Positions 8,645 to 18,444 of a DNA stretch of 64,000 nt are shown here, one piece after another. Numbering within the stretch: position 1 is the stretch's first letter; every line of letters starts with the position of its first letter. This DNA is from Rubripirellula sp. (GTDB taxonomy: Bacteria; Planctomycetota; Planctomycetia; Pirellulales; Pirellulaceae), in contig JBPCVE010000273.1 in assembly GCA_051010795.1 (NCBI GenBank), positions 128 to 64,127 of the forward strand, in the 5' to 3' direction. Position numbers and translations under genes: made by a program. The notes below the pieces were generated by a model, which saw only the letters and a list, made by a program, of their open reading frames with translations, made no database searches and was not told the DNA's origin.

Positions 8645-9487
8645 ATGTCTGCTTTGTCCGAAACACAAATCAAAGCGTACAACGAGGACGGCTATTTCTT
8701 TGCAAGAGAACTATTCTCTGCGGAAGAAATCCAGTTGCTGCGTGAAACAGCAACCAATGATCACGCCATGGATCAGGCAGCCTCACTGAGAGACGACGGT
8801 ACTGGCGCTAGCGTACGACTCACGCTGTGGAATCATCCTGGCGATGGCATCTATGGCATGTTCGCCCGCAGTCATCGTGTGGTCGATGCAGTCGAGCAAC
8901 TGCTCGATGACGAAGCGTATCACTACCATTCCAAGATGATTCTGAAAGATGCCAGAGTAGGTGGTGCGTGGGCCTGGCATCAGGACTATGGCTACTGGTA
9001 CCAGAATGGGTTGCTATTTCCAAACTTGTGCAGCGTGATGATCGCCGTCGACACAGCAACCGAACAAAATGGCTGCCTCCAAGTGCTAAAGGGTTCACAC
9101 CGCATGGGCAGAGTGAATCACATCCTGTCGGGTGATCAGGCGGGCGCGGATCTGGAACGTGTTGAGCATGCCAAGGAAGCATTCCCTCTGGTCCACTGCA
9201 CAATGACTGCGGGAGACGCCCTCTTTTTCCATCCCAATCTTCTGCATGCCTCCGCTGCCAACCGCTCTGACGATCCGCGTTGGGCATTGATCTGCTGTTA
9301 CAACGCACGCAGCAACAATCCCTACAAAGAATCCCACCATCCGTCTTACACCAAACTGGACAAGGTAGACGATGAAATGATCATCCGAGTGGGGCAAAAC
9401 GACGCGCAACGTGCTCGAGTTGACTTTGCCAATCTTGACTCGGATGATCGAAGCGCCACCAGTTTGTCCGATGACCCAAATCAGTAG
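8645..9487 (+). CDS. phytanoyl-CoA dioxygenase (PhyH) family Fe(II)/2-oxoglutarate dioxygenase
   Basis: HYHSKMILK, WHQDYGYWY (HxD), NGCLQVLKGSH, LLHASAAN (distal His), distal Arg in DDPRW. Confidence 0.9.
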   Translation: MSALSETQIKAYNEDGYFFARELFSAEEIQLLRETATNDHAMDQAASLRDDGTGASVRLTLWNHPGDGIYGMFARSHRVVDAVEQLLDDEAYHYHSKMILKDARVGGAWAWHQDYGYWYQNGLLFPNLCSVMIAVDTATEQNGCLQVLKGSHRMGRVNHILSGDQAGADLERVEHAKEAFPLVHCTMTAGDALFFHPNLLHASAANRSDDPRWALICCYNARSNNPYKESHHPSYTKLDKVDDEMIIRVGQNDAQRARVDFANLDSDDRSATSLSDDPNQ

Positions 9488-9542
9488 GGCAGGAAACCCA
9501 AGCCTGCTTCGCCAGGCAAGGAAACCCAAGCCTGCTTCGCCA
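9488..9542. repeat. tandem duplication, 27/28-bp unit
   Basis: ggca(a)ggaaacccaagcctgcttcgcca twice, starting directly after the TAG stop at 9487. Confidence 0.9.
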
Positions 9543-9623
9543 AACCTCATTTTTCTTTCACTGCCACAGTCAGCCTTTCGCAACGGCCTTGCAATCCTCT
9601 CCCAATTGAAAGCGGGACTTATC

Positions 9624-10448
9624 ATGAAATTAGGAATCATCAATAGTGCATTCCAGCAGGCAGGCATCGACACACAAACCGGTTTGGAGCACATTGCACG
9701 AATTGGTTTTGATTGCGTCGACATCTTCACCGAAGCGATGACGATTCCGCAGGAAGAGATCGATTTGATCCGACGCACTTGCGATGAGAATGATCTACCG
9801 ATCGTATCGACCGTCGTCGTTTCGGCTGGGCTTATCGACTTCAATGATCCCGTCCGTGATTTCCATATGCAACGAACACGCAAGTTCCTGGACCTTGCGC
9901 AGACATTTCAGTCGGACAATCTTTTACTGGTGATTGGCGAATACATCTGGCAGCGCGAAGTCATTCCCCCCGAGGCACAGTGGGAATGGGGAGTGGAATG
10001 TGTACGGGAACTGGGGATCGATGCAGGTGAAAAAGACATCGATATCGCTTTGGAACTCGAACCCTTCCGACTAAGCCTGCTCAACAGTGTGCCCGAGATG
10101 GTCCGGTTCATTGATGACGTTGGCTTGCCAAACGTCAAAGCAAACATTGATATCAGCCATCTTGTGCTTTCCGACACGTCACCAGGTGATCTGGAAGCAT
10201 TCCGCGGCAAAGCCACCCACGTGCACATCAGTGATTGCGACGGCAAGGTGCATGGTGATCTGCCACCGGGTCGCGGTGTCGTGAAATTTGCGCCGTTTCT
10301 GCAGGCAATCAAGGACCTTGACTTTGATGGAGCGATTTCCCTGGAACTGGAATACTCACCAGATCCCGCCAAGATCGTGGAATGGGTCGAGGAAGCCTAT
10401 CACGCGACTGCCAAACTGATGGACCAGGTGGAACTGCGCAGTCGCTAA
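9624..10448 (+). CDS. sugar phosphate isomerase/epimerase (xylose-isomerase-like TIM barrel, ketose 3-epimerase-like)
   Basis: Metal ligands in ALELEP, NIDISH, HVHISD, SLELE; HGDLPPGRG; start at ATG 9624 (MKLGII). Confidence 0.88.
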   Translation: MKLGIINSAFQQAGIDTQTGLEHIARIGFDCVDIFTEAMTIPQEEIDLIRRTCDENDLPIVSTVVVSAGLIDFNDPVRDFHMQRTRKFLDLAQTFQSDNLLLVIGEYIWQREVIPPEAQWEWGVECVRELGIDAGEKDIDIALELEPFRLSLLNSVPEMVRFIDDVGLPNVKANIDISHLVLSDTSPGDLEAFRGKATHVHISDCDGKVHGDLPPGRGVVKFAPFLQAIKDLDFDGAISLELEYSPDPAKIVEWVEEAYHATAKLMDQVELRSR

Positions 10449-10470
10449 AGAACACGTCGCTAAAGAACAC
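10441..10470. repeat. perfect 15-bp tandem duplication including the stop codon
   Basis: gtcgctaaagaacac twice; the first copy contains the TAA at 10446-10448. Confidence 0.9.
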
Positions 10471-10535
10471 ACTGGATCGAAACTTGCCGACGCGAAACGT
10501 GAACGCAACCACCACGACACCATGGGAACCACCAC

Positions 10536-11657
10536 ATGAGTGAGCAGGACGAAGACGAGTACGGGCTCAGCCCTACCAAGCAGGTCGTTAACATTCCGTC
10601 CCCGGATGTCCCCTACCAACCTCCACAACCCGAATCGAAAGAACATGGGATCGGTCTGATTGGCGCTGGAGGCATCAGTGAGTTTCACTTACGCAGCTAC
10701 CATCGATGTGGATTCCCAGTACGGGCAATCGCCAGTCGTTCCAAGGCGGATGCTGAAAAGCGACGGGATGAATTTTTCCCTGAGGCGGATGTCTACGACG
10801 ACTACCGGAAAGTAATCGAGCGTGAAGACATCACGGTGATCGATGCAACGCCGCACCCCACAGATCGGCTTCCGATACTGCGGGACGCCATCACCGCAGG
10901 AAAACATGTCCTCAGCCAAAAACCATTCGTCCTCGATCTAGCCGATGGTCGGCAACTCGTCGAACTTGCCAAACAGCACAACGTTCAACTGGCAGTCAAT
11001 CAGAATGGTCGTTGGGCTCCCCATTTCAGTTATCTTCGAAATGCAATCGCTGGGGGGCTGATAGGCGATATCACGTCGATTGATTTTTCACTGCAATGGG
11101 ATCAAACGTGGATTGCCGGAACACCAGCCTTTGAAAACATTCATCACCTGATCCTGTTTGACTTTGGAGTGCACTGGTTTGACATCACCAATTGTCTGAT
11201 GGGTGGTCAACGAGCCGAATCGGTATTCGCCGAGGTCAAACGCTTTGATCAACAAATTTTCCAACCACCCGCGATCGCCTCAGTAATCATCCGCTACCCA
11301 CAAGCCCTGATTCGCATGTCTTTTCACGGTCATACCCAACTGGGCGAAGAAGATGTCACGACGGTAGTGGGAACCCAAGGCACACTGCGTTCACGCGGCC
11401 CCGGCCTTAACGACCAACCAGAAATGCAGGTGTTCCTGAAACCAGGACAATGCACCGTCCCGCTGCAAGGCTGCTGGTTTGATTCAGGCTTTGATGGTGC
11501 GATGGGTGAACTGCTTTGCGCGATCGAGCAGAACCGTGAACCCAATCACAGTGCGGCGAACAATCTGCATAGTCTTGAACTCTGCTTTGCAGCCGTGCGC
11601 AGTGCTGATACCGGACAGCCAGTCGCCGTCGGCACAGTACAAACAGCATCACATTGA
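10536..11657 (+). CDS. Gfo/Idh/MocA family NAD(P)-dependent oxidoreductase
   Basis: IGLIGAGGI, GKHVLSQKP, NQNGRW, DFGVHWFD. Confidence 0.9.
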   Translation: MSEQDEDEYGLSPTKQVVNIPSPDVPYQPPQPESKEHGIGLIGAGGISEFHLRSYHRCGFPVRAIASRSKADAEKRRDEFFPEADVYDDYRKVIEREDITVIDATPHPTDRLPILRDAITAGKHVLSQKPFVLDLADGRQLVELAKQHNVQLAVNQNGRWAPHFSYLRNAIAGGLIGDITSIDFSLQWDQTWIAGTPAFENIHHLILFDFGVHWFDITNCLMGGQRAESVFAEVKRFDQQIFQPPAIASVIIRYPQALIRMSFHGHTQLGEEDVTTVVGTQGTLRSRGPGLNDQPEMQVFLKPGQCTVPLQGCWFDSGFDGAMGELLCAIEQNREPNHSAANNLHSLELCFAAVRSADTGQPVAVGTVQTASH

Positions 11658-11961
11658 ACTCAATTTGAGCAGCCCGCTGCCAACTTGCCCAATGCACAAA
11701 GAATCCGCCTCATGTTCCTGCTGCCGGGATCATGCCTGCAGGAATGCCAACAGACTGGTCGGGCAACGGCAGGTAAAATTCCCCAGGCGATGGTTTCATC
11801 GGCAAGGGTGATGGAAATGCTGCGAAACCTTGCTGTCACGATGGGGTTCCCGCAACTAACGTGTGTCAAGTGTGCCCCCTGTGTGATGGAATCCGGTTCG
11901 GTCCATTCAGTTCGCGGTAGAGCGCGGCGTTCTCCCCCGTTTCAAATCGTTAAGGAAAAAA

Positions 11962-12768
11962 ATGCAATTCGTCAGATGCTTGAAATGGTCGCTCTGTATG
12001 GCGATCTGCGTGATCGGCACGACAGGACTCGCCCAACGGCCAAATCAGCGGCCCGCTCAACGAGGGACGTGGCAAAAAGAATACAAACCGCTGGAATTTG
12101 AGGGGATGCCTTTCCGGGTCATGGCACCGATACAAACTGAAACAGGAAAAAAATATCCGCTGATCCTGTCACTCCATGGCGCCGGTGGCAGGGGAAGCGA
12201 CAACAGCAAGCAACTCAAAGACTGGAACAAACAGTTAGCCGAGCCAAAGCGGAGAAATGATTTTCCCTGTTATGTGGTGGCTCCTCAAGCGAAGGGGCTT
12301 TGGAGCAGCAATGATTTGGAAAAGATCAAATCCTATGTAAAAACGTTGCCATCGGTCGACATGAATCGCATTTACATCATGGGGCATTCCATGGGTGGAC
12401 ACGGCACATACATTTTCATTCAATTGTCGCCCGACTACTTTGCAGCAGCAGCGCCCTCGGCTGGCAGTGGCCTGCGAAGAACGCAAGACTTCATCGATGC
12501 AGGGAAAATCAAGGACATTCCAATCTGGGCCTTCCACGGTGACAAGGATGGAACTTGCCCGATTGAGAAAGACCTGAAAGTATTCAAGGAAGTAAAAGAA
12601 CTTGGCGGCGTGATGAAACTGACAACATGGGCAGGGGACAACCATGCTGTTTCTGGCAAGATGATTCCGGGTGCAGCCAATGGGAGCACGCAATCCAGCA
12701 GCGAGCGGTGCGACGAAGAGGCCGATTTCATGACTTGGCTATTTTCACAAACAAAAGCAAACCAGTGA
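11962..12768 (+). CDS. secreted alpha/beta hydrolase (esterase/peptidase-like)
   Basis: Signal peptide; PLILSLHGAGGRG, nucleophile GHSMGG, WAFHGDKD, catalytic His in GDNH. Confidence 0.85.
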   Translation: MQFVRCLKWSLCMAICVIGTTGLAQRPNQRPAQRGTWQKEYKPLEFEGMPFRVMAPIQTETGKKYPLILSLHGAGGRGSDNSKQLKDWNKQLAEPKRRNDFPCYVVAPQAKGLWSSNDLEKIKSYVKTLPSVDMNRIYIMGHSMGGHGTYIFIQLSPDYFAAAAPSAGSGLRRTQDFIDAGKIKDIPIWAFHGDKDGTCPIEKDLKVFKEVKELGGVMKLTTWAGDNHAVSGKMIPGAANGSTQSSSERCDEEADFMTWLFSQTKANQ

Positions 12769-12869
12769 TGGCAAGTCGCGACAAACGCGTCCCAGACCGA
12801 AACTGAATTCTGTCAATCACAAAGTTACTCCATCCGATTTGATGTTCGGACGAGAAGGAACCAACAATA

Positions 12870-14570
12870 ATGCGTTCATGCATTCGCAATCTCTTTTTTT
12901 ACAGCATCGCTATTCTGGTTGGACTGATGACAAGTCCACTACTCATTGCCCAGTCCGGATCAACACCCCCGGATTCTGGCGAGGAAACTGGACAGCCCAC
13001 CAGCGCGGAACTGCGTGACATTCATGATGAACAGGCCGAACTGCGCCGCGAACTGAAAATGCTCAACCAGCATGTTGACCATCTCAAACGGCGACTTGAG
13101 AGTTTGGATCAGATTTCCGAAGTCCAACAGCAACTGGATCGAATCATAACGCGTCAGGAATCCGAAAATAGCGAAGAGGATTCCCGCAAGCTGGATCCGC
13201 AGATTGAATCTCTGGAGCGAAAAATCGATCGACTGCGGGAGGTGATGGAGATCGAGACAGAACTCGCCGACCGCATCGCGGAGGTATTGGAATTGAAGGA
13301 GCGTCTGGGCGGCTTACCGAAAACAGAAACGACCACCAAGTCATCCCGATACCTGACGATCACCATCGGTAACCTCCAGAAAATGCGTCAATTTCATTCC
13401 GAACTTGGTAACCCCGCCGGTACTTCCGAAGCTCGTCACGAACAATTGGAGCAGGCGGTCGACGAACTTCAGGAACGAATCGACTTTGAAAGTGAATTGA
13501 CCGAACTTGCCTTTCGCTTTGTCGAAGCGGTGCAGGAAAACCGGAAAGAAGAAACCGACGAGCTGACGGATGAGATCCGCGACATTCTGGACGAAATGGA
13601 AAATCAGCCCCCCCAAAAAACACTCCGCCCAACTGCCGAGATGAGACAGAATGGCACAGACACTTCGGAAGATGAATCGGGTGACATCACGGAACCCAGC
13701 ACGATTGCGGGGCAAGCAGGGACGCTTGAATCAGGGCAATATTCCATCCGACAATCGTGGTCCCAGGAAACTGATTACCCGCGGCCCTACTTTGTGAATG
13801 TCCCCGAGGGGGAAGCAGGCCAAAAGTTTCCCGTGTTCATCTTTCTGCACGGCAATGGTGGAAACGCAAAAGAGGTCATGCGAATCCTGCTGCGGAACCG
13901 CACAAAGATGGCGGCGAAGTATGTGATGGTATTTGCACAAGGATACCGCGAAAGCTGGAACATTGTCTCCGAACGCTCAAAGGCAGATGACACAGCCTTT
14001 ATCGAATCCATCGTTCGGAAGCTCGCTTCCTATGACAACGTCCAAAACGACAACTTCAGTATCATGGGAGCATCCAATGGTGCCGCGTTGGTGAATCAAC
14101 TGCTGATTGAAAGCCGACTGCCCAATATCCGCAACTACATCAGCGGAGTCAGCCCTTTGAATGTCTGGCAATACGATGGAAAACAGTTCAAATCCAAGGG
14201 AGCCGATAATGATTATCGCGAGTCGGCAAACCCAATCACGGGCAAACGCTTGATGAATATTTCAGGAACGGATGATGCGTTGGTTCCCTACGATGGCGGC
14301 ATTTCAAGACACATTCCGGCCAAAGATGGCAAACTGGGATTTCTGGCGGCAGAAGAATCCACCTACGTGTGGGCAAAGCAGATGGGTTACTCAGGAAAAA
14401 AACTTACGACCCCCAGCAGGACCGAAGGACAGATGGAAGTTTTCAGCTATCTTGGAGGCGATGTGGTTCACTACAAAGTCGTGGGCGCGGGCCATGGTGC
14501 TACCCATGAAATCAGCGAACAGGACCTTCTTCGCTTTCTGGACAGTGGAAAAAACACAAGCGGTAAGTAA
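12870..14570 (+). CDS. secreted protein with an N-terminal coiled coil and a C-terminal alpha/beta hydrolase (LpqC/PHB-depolymerase-like esterase)
   Basis: Signal peptide, about 200 aa of E/L/R-rich heptads, then FLHGNGG, GASNGA, SGTDDALVPYDGG, GAGHG. Confidence 0.8.
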   Translation: MRSCIRNLFFYSIAILVGLMTSPLLIAQSGSTPPDSGEETGQPTSAELRDIHDEQAELRRELKMLNQHVDHLKRRLESLDQISEVQQQLDRIITRQESENSEEDSRKLDPQIESLERKIDRLREVMEIETELADRIAEVLELKERLGGLPKTETTTKSSRYLTITIGNLQKMRQFHSELGNPAGTSEARHEQLEQAVDELQERIDFESELTELAFRFVEAVQENRKEETDELTDEIRDILDEMENQPPQKTLRPTAEMRQNGTDTSEDESGDITEPSTIAGQAGTLESGQYSIRQSWSQETDYPRPYFVNVPEGEAGQKFPVFIFLHGNGGNAKEVMRILLRNRTKMAAKYVMVFAQGYRESWNIVSERSKADDTAFIESIVRKLASYDNVQNDNFSIMGASNGAALVNQLLIESRLPNIRNYISGVSPLNVWQYDGKQFKSKGADNDYRESANPITGKRLMNISGTDDALVPYDGGISRHIPAKDGKLGFLAAEESTYVWAKQMGYSGKKLTTPSRTEGQMEVFSYLGGDVVHYKVVGAGHGATHEISEQDLLRFLDSGKNTSGK

Positions 14571-14627
14571 AGATTCAGCCACGACTGGCTCGCTACCACC
14601 GGAACACATCAGCAAGGATAAATTCAA

Positions 14628-15893
14628 ATGTACTCCCGATTGTTCGTCATCTTATTATTCATCACCGGTATTTCATTCGGTTCCTCTGCTGAGGCTCAGA
14701 ACAACAGAGGTGCAAAACAACTGCAGCAACTGCTGAAACAATTCCCGTCAGCCGACACAAACAAGGACGGAAAGCTCACATGGCAGGAGGCGATTGCGTA
14801 TCGCAACAAAATGGGCGCTGCGCCCGGTACTGCTGGAAACCGTGCTGCTGGAAGAAATCAGGGACGTGGAGTTCCAACGACCTTCAACGTTGACGCTGGC
14901 TGGGATCTGGAACGATTCCCCGAGGAAGCCGTTTGCTACATGTCTGCCAGTAGAATCAAGGAAACCTTTGAGAAAGTGGGGTCTGGAAAAGGGCCTGCCG
15001 TGGTTTCCTACCCCAAACCAAACGATGGTGCATTGAGAGTGGTTGGTGTTGGCCACAGCTTCATGGTACCTGGGTACAAAACGATGCCACTGATTGCACA
15101 AGGGGCCGGGATGGACCAACCGCTTTACACCCACGTCGGTGGAGGCATGACCGGCAGTGCACGCTACAAGTGGGAGCAGGAGAACGGAATTTTTCAATTC
15201 AAAGGAAAACCGTATCCGAAATTACTCTCCTCCATCGCGAATGCAGAATGGGAAGCGATGATGTTCGGCCCTTACTTTCAGGACCAGCCCAAATACTATT
15301 CTTGCTGGATTGACTTCTGTCTGAAGTACAATCCCGAAATGAAATTCTATCTTTCCGACGCTTGGCCACAGCTCTCGCAACTCAAAGAGAAACCCGAATC
15401 GGAAGACTTCTTCACGAATGAGGTTTTAGATCAGTTGGCCGAGGAAAGACGAGTGTTGCACGCTCAGGTCATTGACCCGCTCCGCAAGGCATACCCGGGC
15501 AAAGTCTTCATCCTGCCAACATCCGATTCCATGGTTTTGGCAGCGAAGCACTTCCTTCGCGGTGAATTACCGGGGATCGAGGGTCTACACCGAATGATTG
15601 GTAGAAAAGAACGTTCACTCTGGAGGGATCAACTGGGGCACCTTGGGCCAGGATTCGAGCGTCTGGAAGGCTATGTGTTTTACGCCACGCTTTACGGAAA
15701 GTCGCCTGAACTCATCGAAGACAACATTCCCTTTGGTGGTAACACCACTTTTCCAAGTGCCAGCCTGGACAAGATTTTCCGCAAGATCGCATGGCAAGCG
15801 GTCAGCGAACACCCGTACTCTGGAATCACCGACAAGAACGGTGACGGTATCAACGACGCCTCAGAAGAACCTGCACTACAGAGCTCACCCTGA
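14628..15893 (+). CDS. secreted EF-hand protein with a putative SGNH-like hydrolase domain
   Basis: Signal peptide; DTNKDGKLTWQE loop; VVGVGHSF block-I-like motif; WRDQLGH; C-terminal DKNGDGIND loop. Confidence 0.6.
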   Translation: MYSRLFVILLFITGISFGSSAEAQNNRGAKQLQQLLKQFPSADTNKDGKLTWQEAIAYRNKMGAAPGTAGNRAAGRNQGRGVPTTFNVDAGWDLERFPEEAVCYMSASRIKETFEKVGSGKGPAVVSYPKPNDGALRVVGVGHSFMVPGYKTMPLIAQGAGMDQPLYTHVGGGMTGSARYKWEQENGIFQFKGKPYPKLLSSIANAEWEAMMFGPYFQDQPKYYSCWIDFCLKYNPEMKFYLSDAWPQLSQLKEKPESEDFFTNEVLDQLAEERRVLHAQVIDPLRKAYPGKVFILPTSDSMVLAAKHFLRGELPGIEGLHRMIGRKERSLWRDQLGHLGPGFERLEGYVFYATLYGKSPELIEDNIPFGGNTTFPSASLDKIFRKIAWQAVSEHPYSGITDKNGDGINDASEEPALQSSP

Positions 15894-15968
15894 CACAGTC
15901 CAGTTCATGCAGCGGATGAATCTCATCTCAGCCTGATCACGCGATGGCAAAGCAAATACCGAAACGTT

Positions 15969-17495
15969 TTACTTGCTGCTGGGAACCTGATCCCCATTGC
16001 CAGATTGCCTGTCTGAGGCCGGTGGCGACCTCCGACCAGACGCATCAGGCGGCCCCGACCCTTTTGGCGGTGCCGTATTCTGTGGCGGCGCTGTGTTTTT
16101 CACATTCACGCGAGCTTCGGTGATATTGTGGCGCGGCAACCATCCGGCGTGTTGCCTTATCAATGGCGTCACTCCGGCTTGACCAGCCAAGTTACTCCAT
16201 TCGTGGGGATCGACTCGATGGTCATAGAATTCCTCGGAACCATCGGCATAGCGTATGTAACGATAGTGCTGACTGCGAACAGCGTGATTATTCCTCTGAT
16301 ACGTGGTCATGGCCACATGCTCCCAAGCCGCATCTGGATCTTTGAGTAGGGGTTCCAGGCTTACTCCATCAAGATCATCACGAGTTGGTAAGCCACAAAT
16401 TTTCAACAACGTGGGATAGATGCTGAGCAACTCGACAGGCCGTTTGCAAACCTTTCCCTGTAAACCATGGGGGACCGAAATGATCAGCGGCACACGAGTG
16501 GAACGCTCCCACAATGACTGTTTCGCCCAACGTTGTTTCTCCCCCAGATGAAATCCATGGTCAGAAAACAGCACCACAACCGTATTGTGGGCATGCGGAC
16601 TCTGATCCAAAGCATCCAATAATCTTCCCACTTGCGTGTCGGTGAAACTGACCGATGCGAGATAAGCTTGAACTGCTGGTTTCCATTGCTTCTTGTGAAC
16701 AAACCAGGCATGACTGGGCGGCACACTGTGGTCTGTCAGTTCCAGCGCTGCAGGCGGCAGGTCATCACAATCATCCTGTTTGACATCAGGCGTGTGAACG
16801 GTTGCCAACGGATGTGAATCAAAGAATCGCTGAGGCGCGTAAAAAGGCACATGTGGCCTATAAAATCCGGCTGCAAGAAAGAATGGCTTTGCATGTTCTT
16901 TCTGGATCTGCTTGACGGCCCAAGAGGCTGTCACCGCATCACCAAACTTCTGCTCATCATAAACCTGCGGCCCAAAGTCCCAGAGTTTGCTGCTGGATTC
17001 AATATCAGGAACGAGGCACTCGTCAATTTCCAAACGCTGGCCAGGCCGAGGACCGACCACCTGAAAGGATGCTTTATCAACCCGACTAGCATGGTAAATC
17101 TTGCCAGCCGTCAGCGTCTTGTATCCGTGTTCGCCGAAATACTGAGACATCGTTGTTCGGTTTGCATTCCGCCTGGTCAGACGGAACCATGGGCGATTGA
17201 CATAGATCCCGGTTGTACTGGGCCGCAGCCCAAGCATCAAACTGGTCCGTGATGGATTACAGATAGGGGCTTGGCAGTGTGCGTTGGAAAACAATACCCC
17301 CCGCTGAGCAAGCCGATCAATATTGGGTGTATTCGTTTGCGAATTGCCTCCCAGACAGCCAACCCAATCGTTCAAATCATCGATCGATATCAACAGCACG
17401 TTAGGAGGTTCGTTACCGCTGACACAGGCAATGCTGAGAAAAAACAGGAAAACAGACAGCTGCTGACGCAAAGCAAATGACAACATGGACTTCAT
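15969..17495 (-). CDS. sulfatase (S1 family, iduronate-2-/choline-sulfatase-like)
   Basis: PNVLLISIDDL, CNPSR formylglycine motif, GKIYH, RPHVP, SDHGFHLGEK; start placed at MKSMLSF. Confidence 0.93.
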   Translation of the reverse strand: MKSMLSFALRQQLSVFLFFLSIACVSGNEPPNVLLISIDDLNDWVGCLGGNSQTNTPNIDRLAQRGVLFSNAHCQAPICNPSRTSLMLGLRPSTTGIYVNRPWFRLTRRNANRTTMSQYFGEHGYKTLTAGKIYHASRVDKASFQVVGPRPGQRLEIDECLVPDIESSSKLWDFGPQVYDEQKFGDAVTASWAVKQIQKEHAKPFFLAAGFYRPHVPFYAPQRFFDSHPLATVHTPDVKQDDCDDLPPAALELTDHSVPPSHAWFVHKKQWKPAVQAYLASVSFTDTQVGRLLDALDQSPHAHNTVVVLFSDHGFHLGEKQRWAKQSLWERSTRVPLIISVPHGLQGKVCKRPVELLSIYPTLLKICGLPTRDDLDGVSLEPLLKDPDAAWEHVAMTTYQRNNHAVRSQHYRYIRYADGSEEFYDHRVDPHEWSNLAGQAGVTPLIRQHAGWLPRHNITEARVNVKNTAPPQNTAPPKGSGPPDASGRRSPPASDRQSGNGDQVPSSK

Positions 17496-17624
17496 CTGGG
17501 ACTCACTGAAATCACCGGGCAGCACACAGGCCACCCAATTCGAAACACCAATTATCATGCCGATACCATCGACAACACCTTTCACAGACTAACAAAATGT
17601 CACCCGGGGTGATTTCCCGAGCGA

Positions 17625-18368
17625 ATGGATTGCCATTCTGCATGGGATCAATCTAGACTTGCCACCTCACAGGGCATCAAAGCAATCTGCAAACGATCCA
17701 AACACTTGTCACCCCACGTTCAACGCTACCGATTCACGATTGCAGCCACGGCATTATTGCTGGGGTTCGCGATCGCAAGTGACTCCTGTTGGCATGCATT
17801 GGATGACACATGGCGTGACTGGCTCGGTTTTGCTCCCACCAACCTGCTTGATTTCAAGTGGCAGCGATTCCTGACGAGCTTGTTGTTGACGGCAGGCGGC
17901 TGGAAATTCATGGCATCTATCTTGATGCTGATCTTATGTGCTGGCATGACCGAGCGATTATATGGCACATTTGCCACCATGAAATTGTTTTTGACTTGCC
18001 ATCTCACTGTACTGGCAGGCCTGTCCGTCGCTCTCCTTCTGGTTGCGACATTCAATTCATCACCATCGATATTGGCTCTGACAAACGGACACGACGTTGG
18101 CCCATCCGCGGGCTACTACGGTTGCCTTGGTGCAATCCTGATGTGGTTACCGTTACTGAGACGGCGATCTGCTTTTTTGTGCGTGCTGTCGATCTTGCTG
18201 ATCCGTCTGATCATTTCGGTGGGACATCTACCAGAGGGCGCCACAGTGGTGTCCGCTGATGTAGCGCATCTTCTCGCCTTGCCGCTTGGCGCGTCATTGA
18301 CCTGGCTGGGTTACATTGTCCCCTGCGCGGAAGCCAAGACGCTACGACCAAGCCTCCCGTCGGATTGA
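17625..18368 (+). CDS. rhomboid-like intramembrane serine protease
   Basis: About 6 TM helices; WQRFLTS loop motif, DVGPSAG (GxSxG), DVAHLLA; start uncertain. Confidence 0.7.
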   Translation: MDCHSAWDQSRLATSQGIKAICKRSKHLSPHVQRYRFTIAATALLLGFAIASDSCWHALDDTWRDWLGFAPTNLLDFKWQRFLTSLLLTAGGWKFMASILMLILCAGMTERLYGTFATMKLFLTCHLTVLAGLSVALLLVATFNSSPSILALTNGHDVGPSAGYYGCLGAILMWLPLLRRRSAFLCVLSILLIRLIISVGHLPEGATVVSADVAHLLALPLGASLTWLGYIVPCAEAKTLRPSLPSD

Positions 18369-18444
18369 AAATCCGAAAAAAACATTCCACCAGTGGTTGG
18401 TGACAAAACCGATTCAAAGCCCGGCGATAGATGACGTTCACAAC

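Noticed and set aside
8645-9487. PhyH dioxygenase as the missing PhnY*
   Set aside because: Opposite strand and separate gene cluster, and its motifs are closer to proline/ectoine-hydroxylase-like PhyH proteins; not excluded experimentally.
11907-11925. tcagttcgcggtagagcgc, resembling a tRNA D-arm
   Set aside because: No acceptor stem, anticodon arm or T-arm at the proper spacing.
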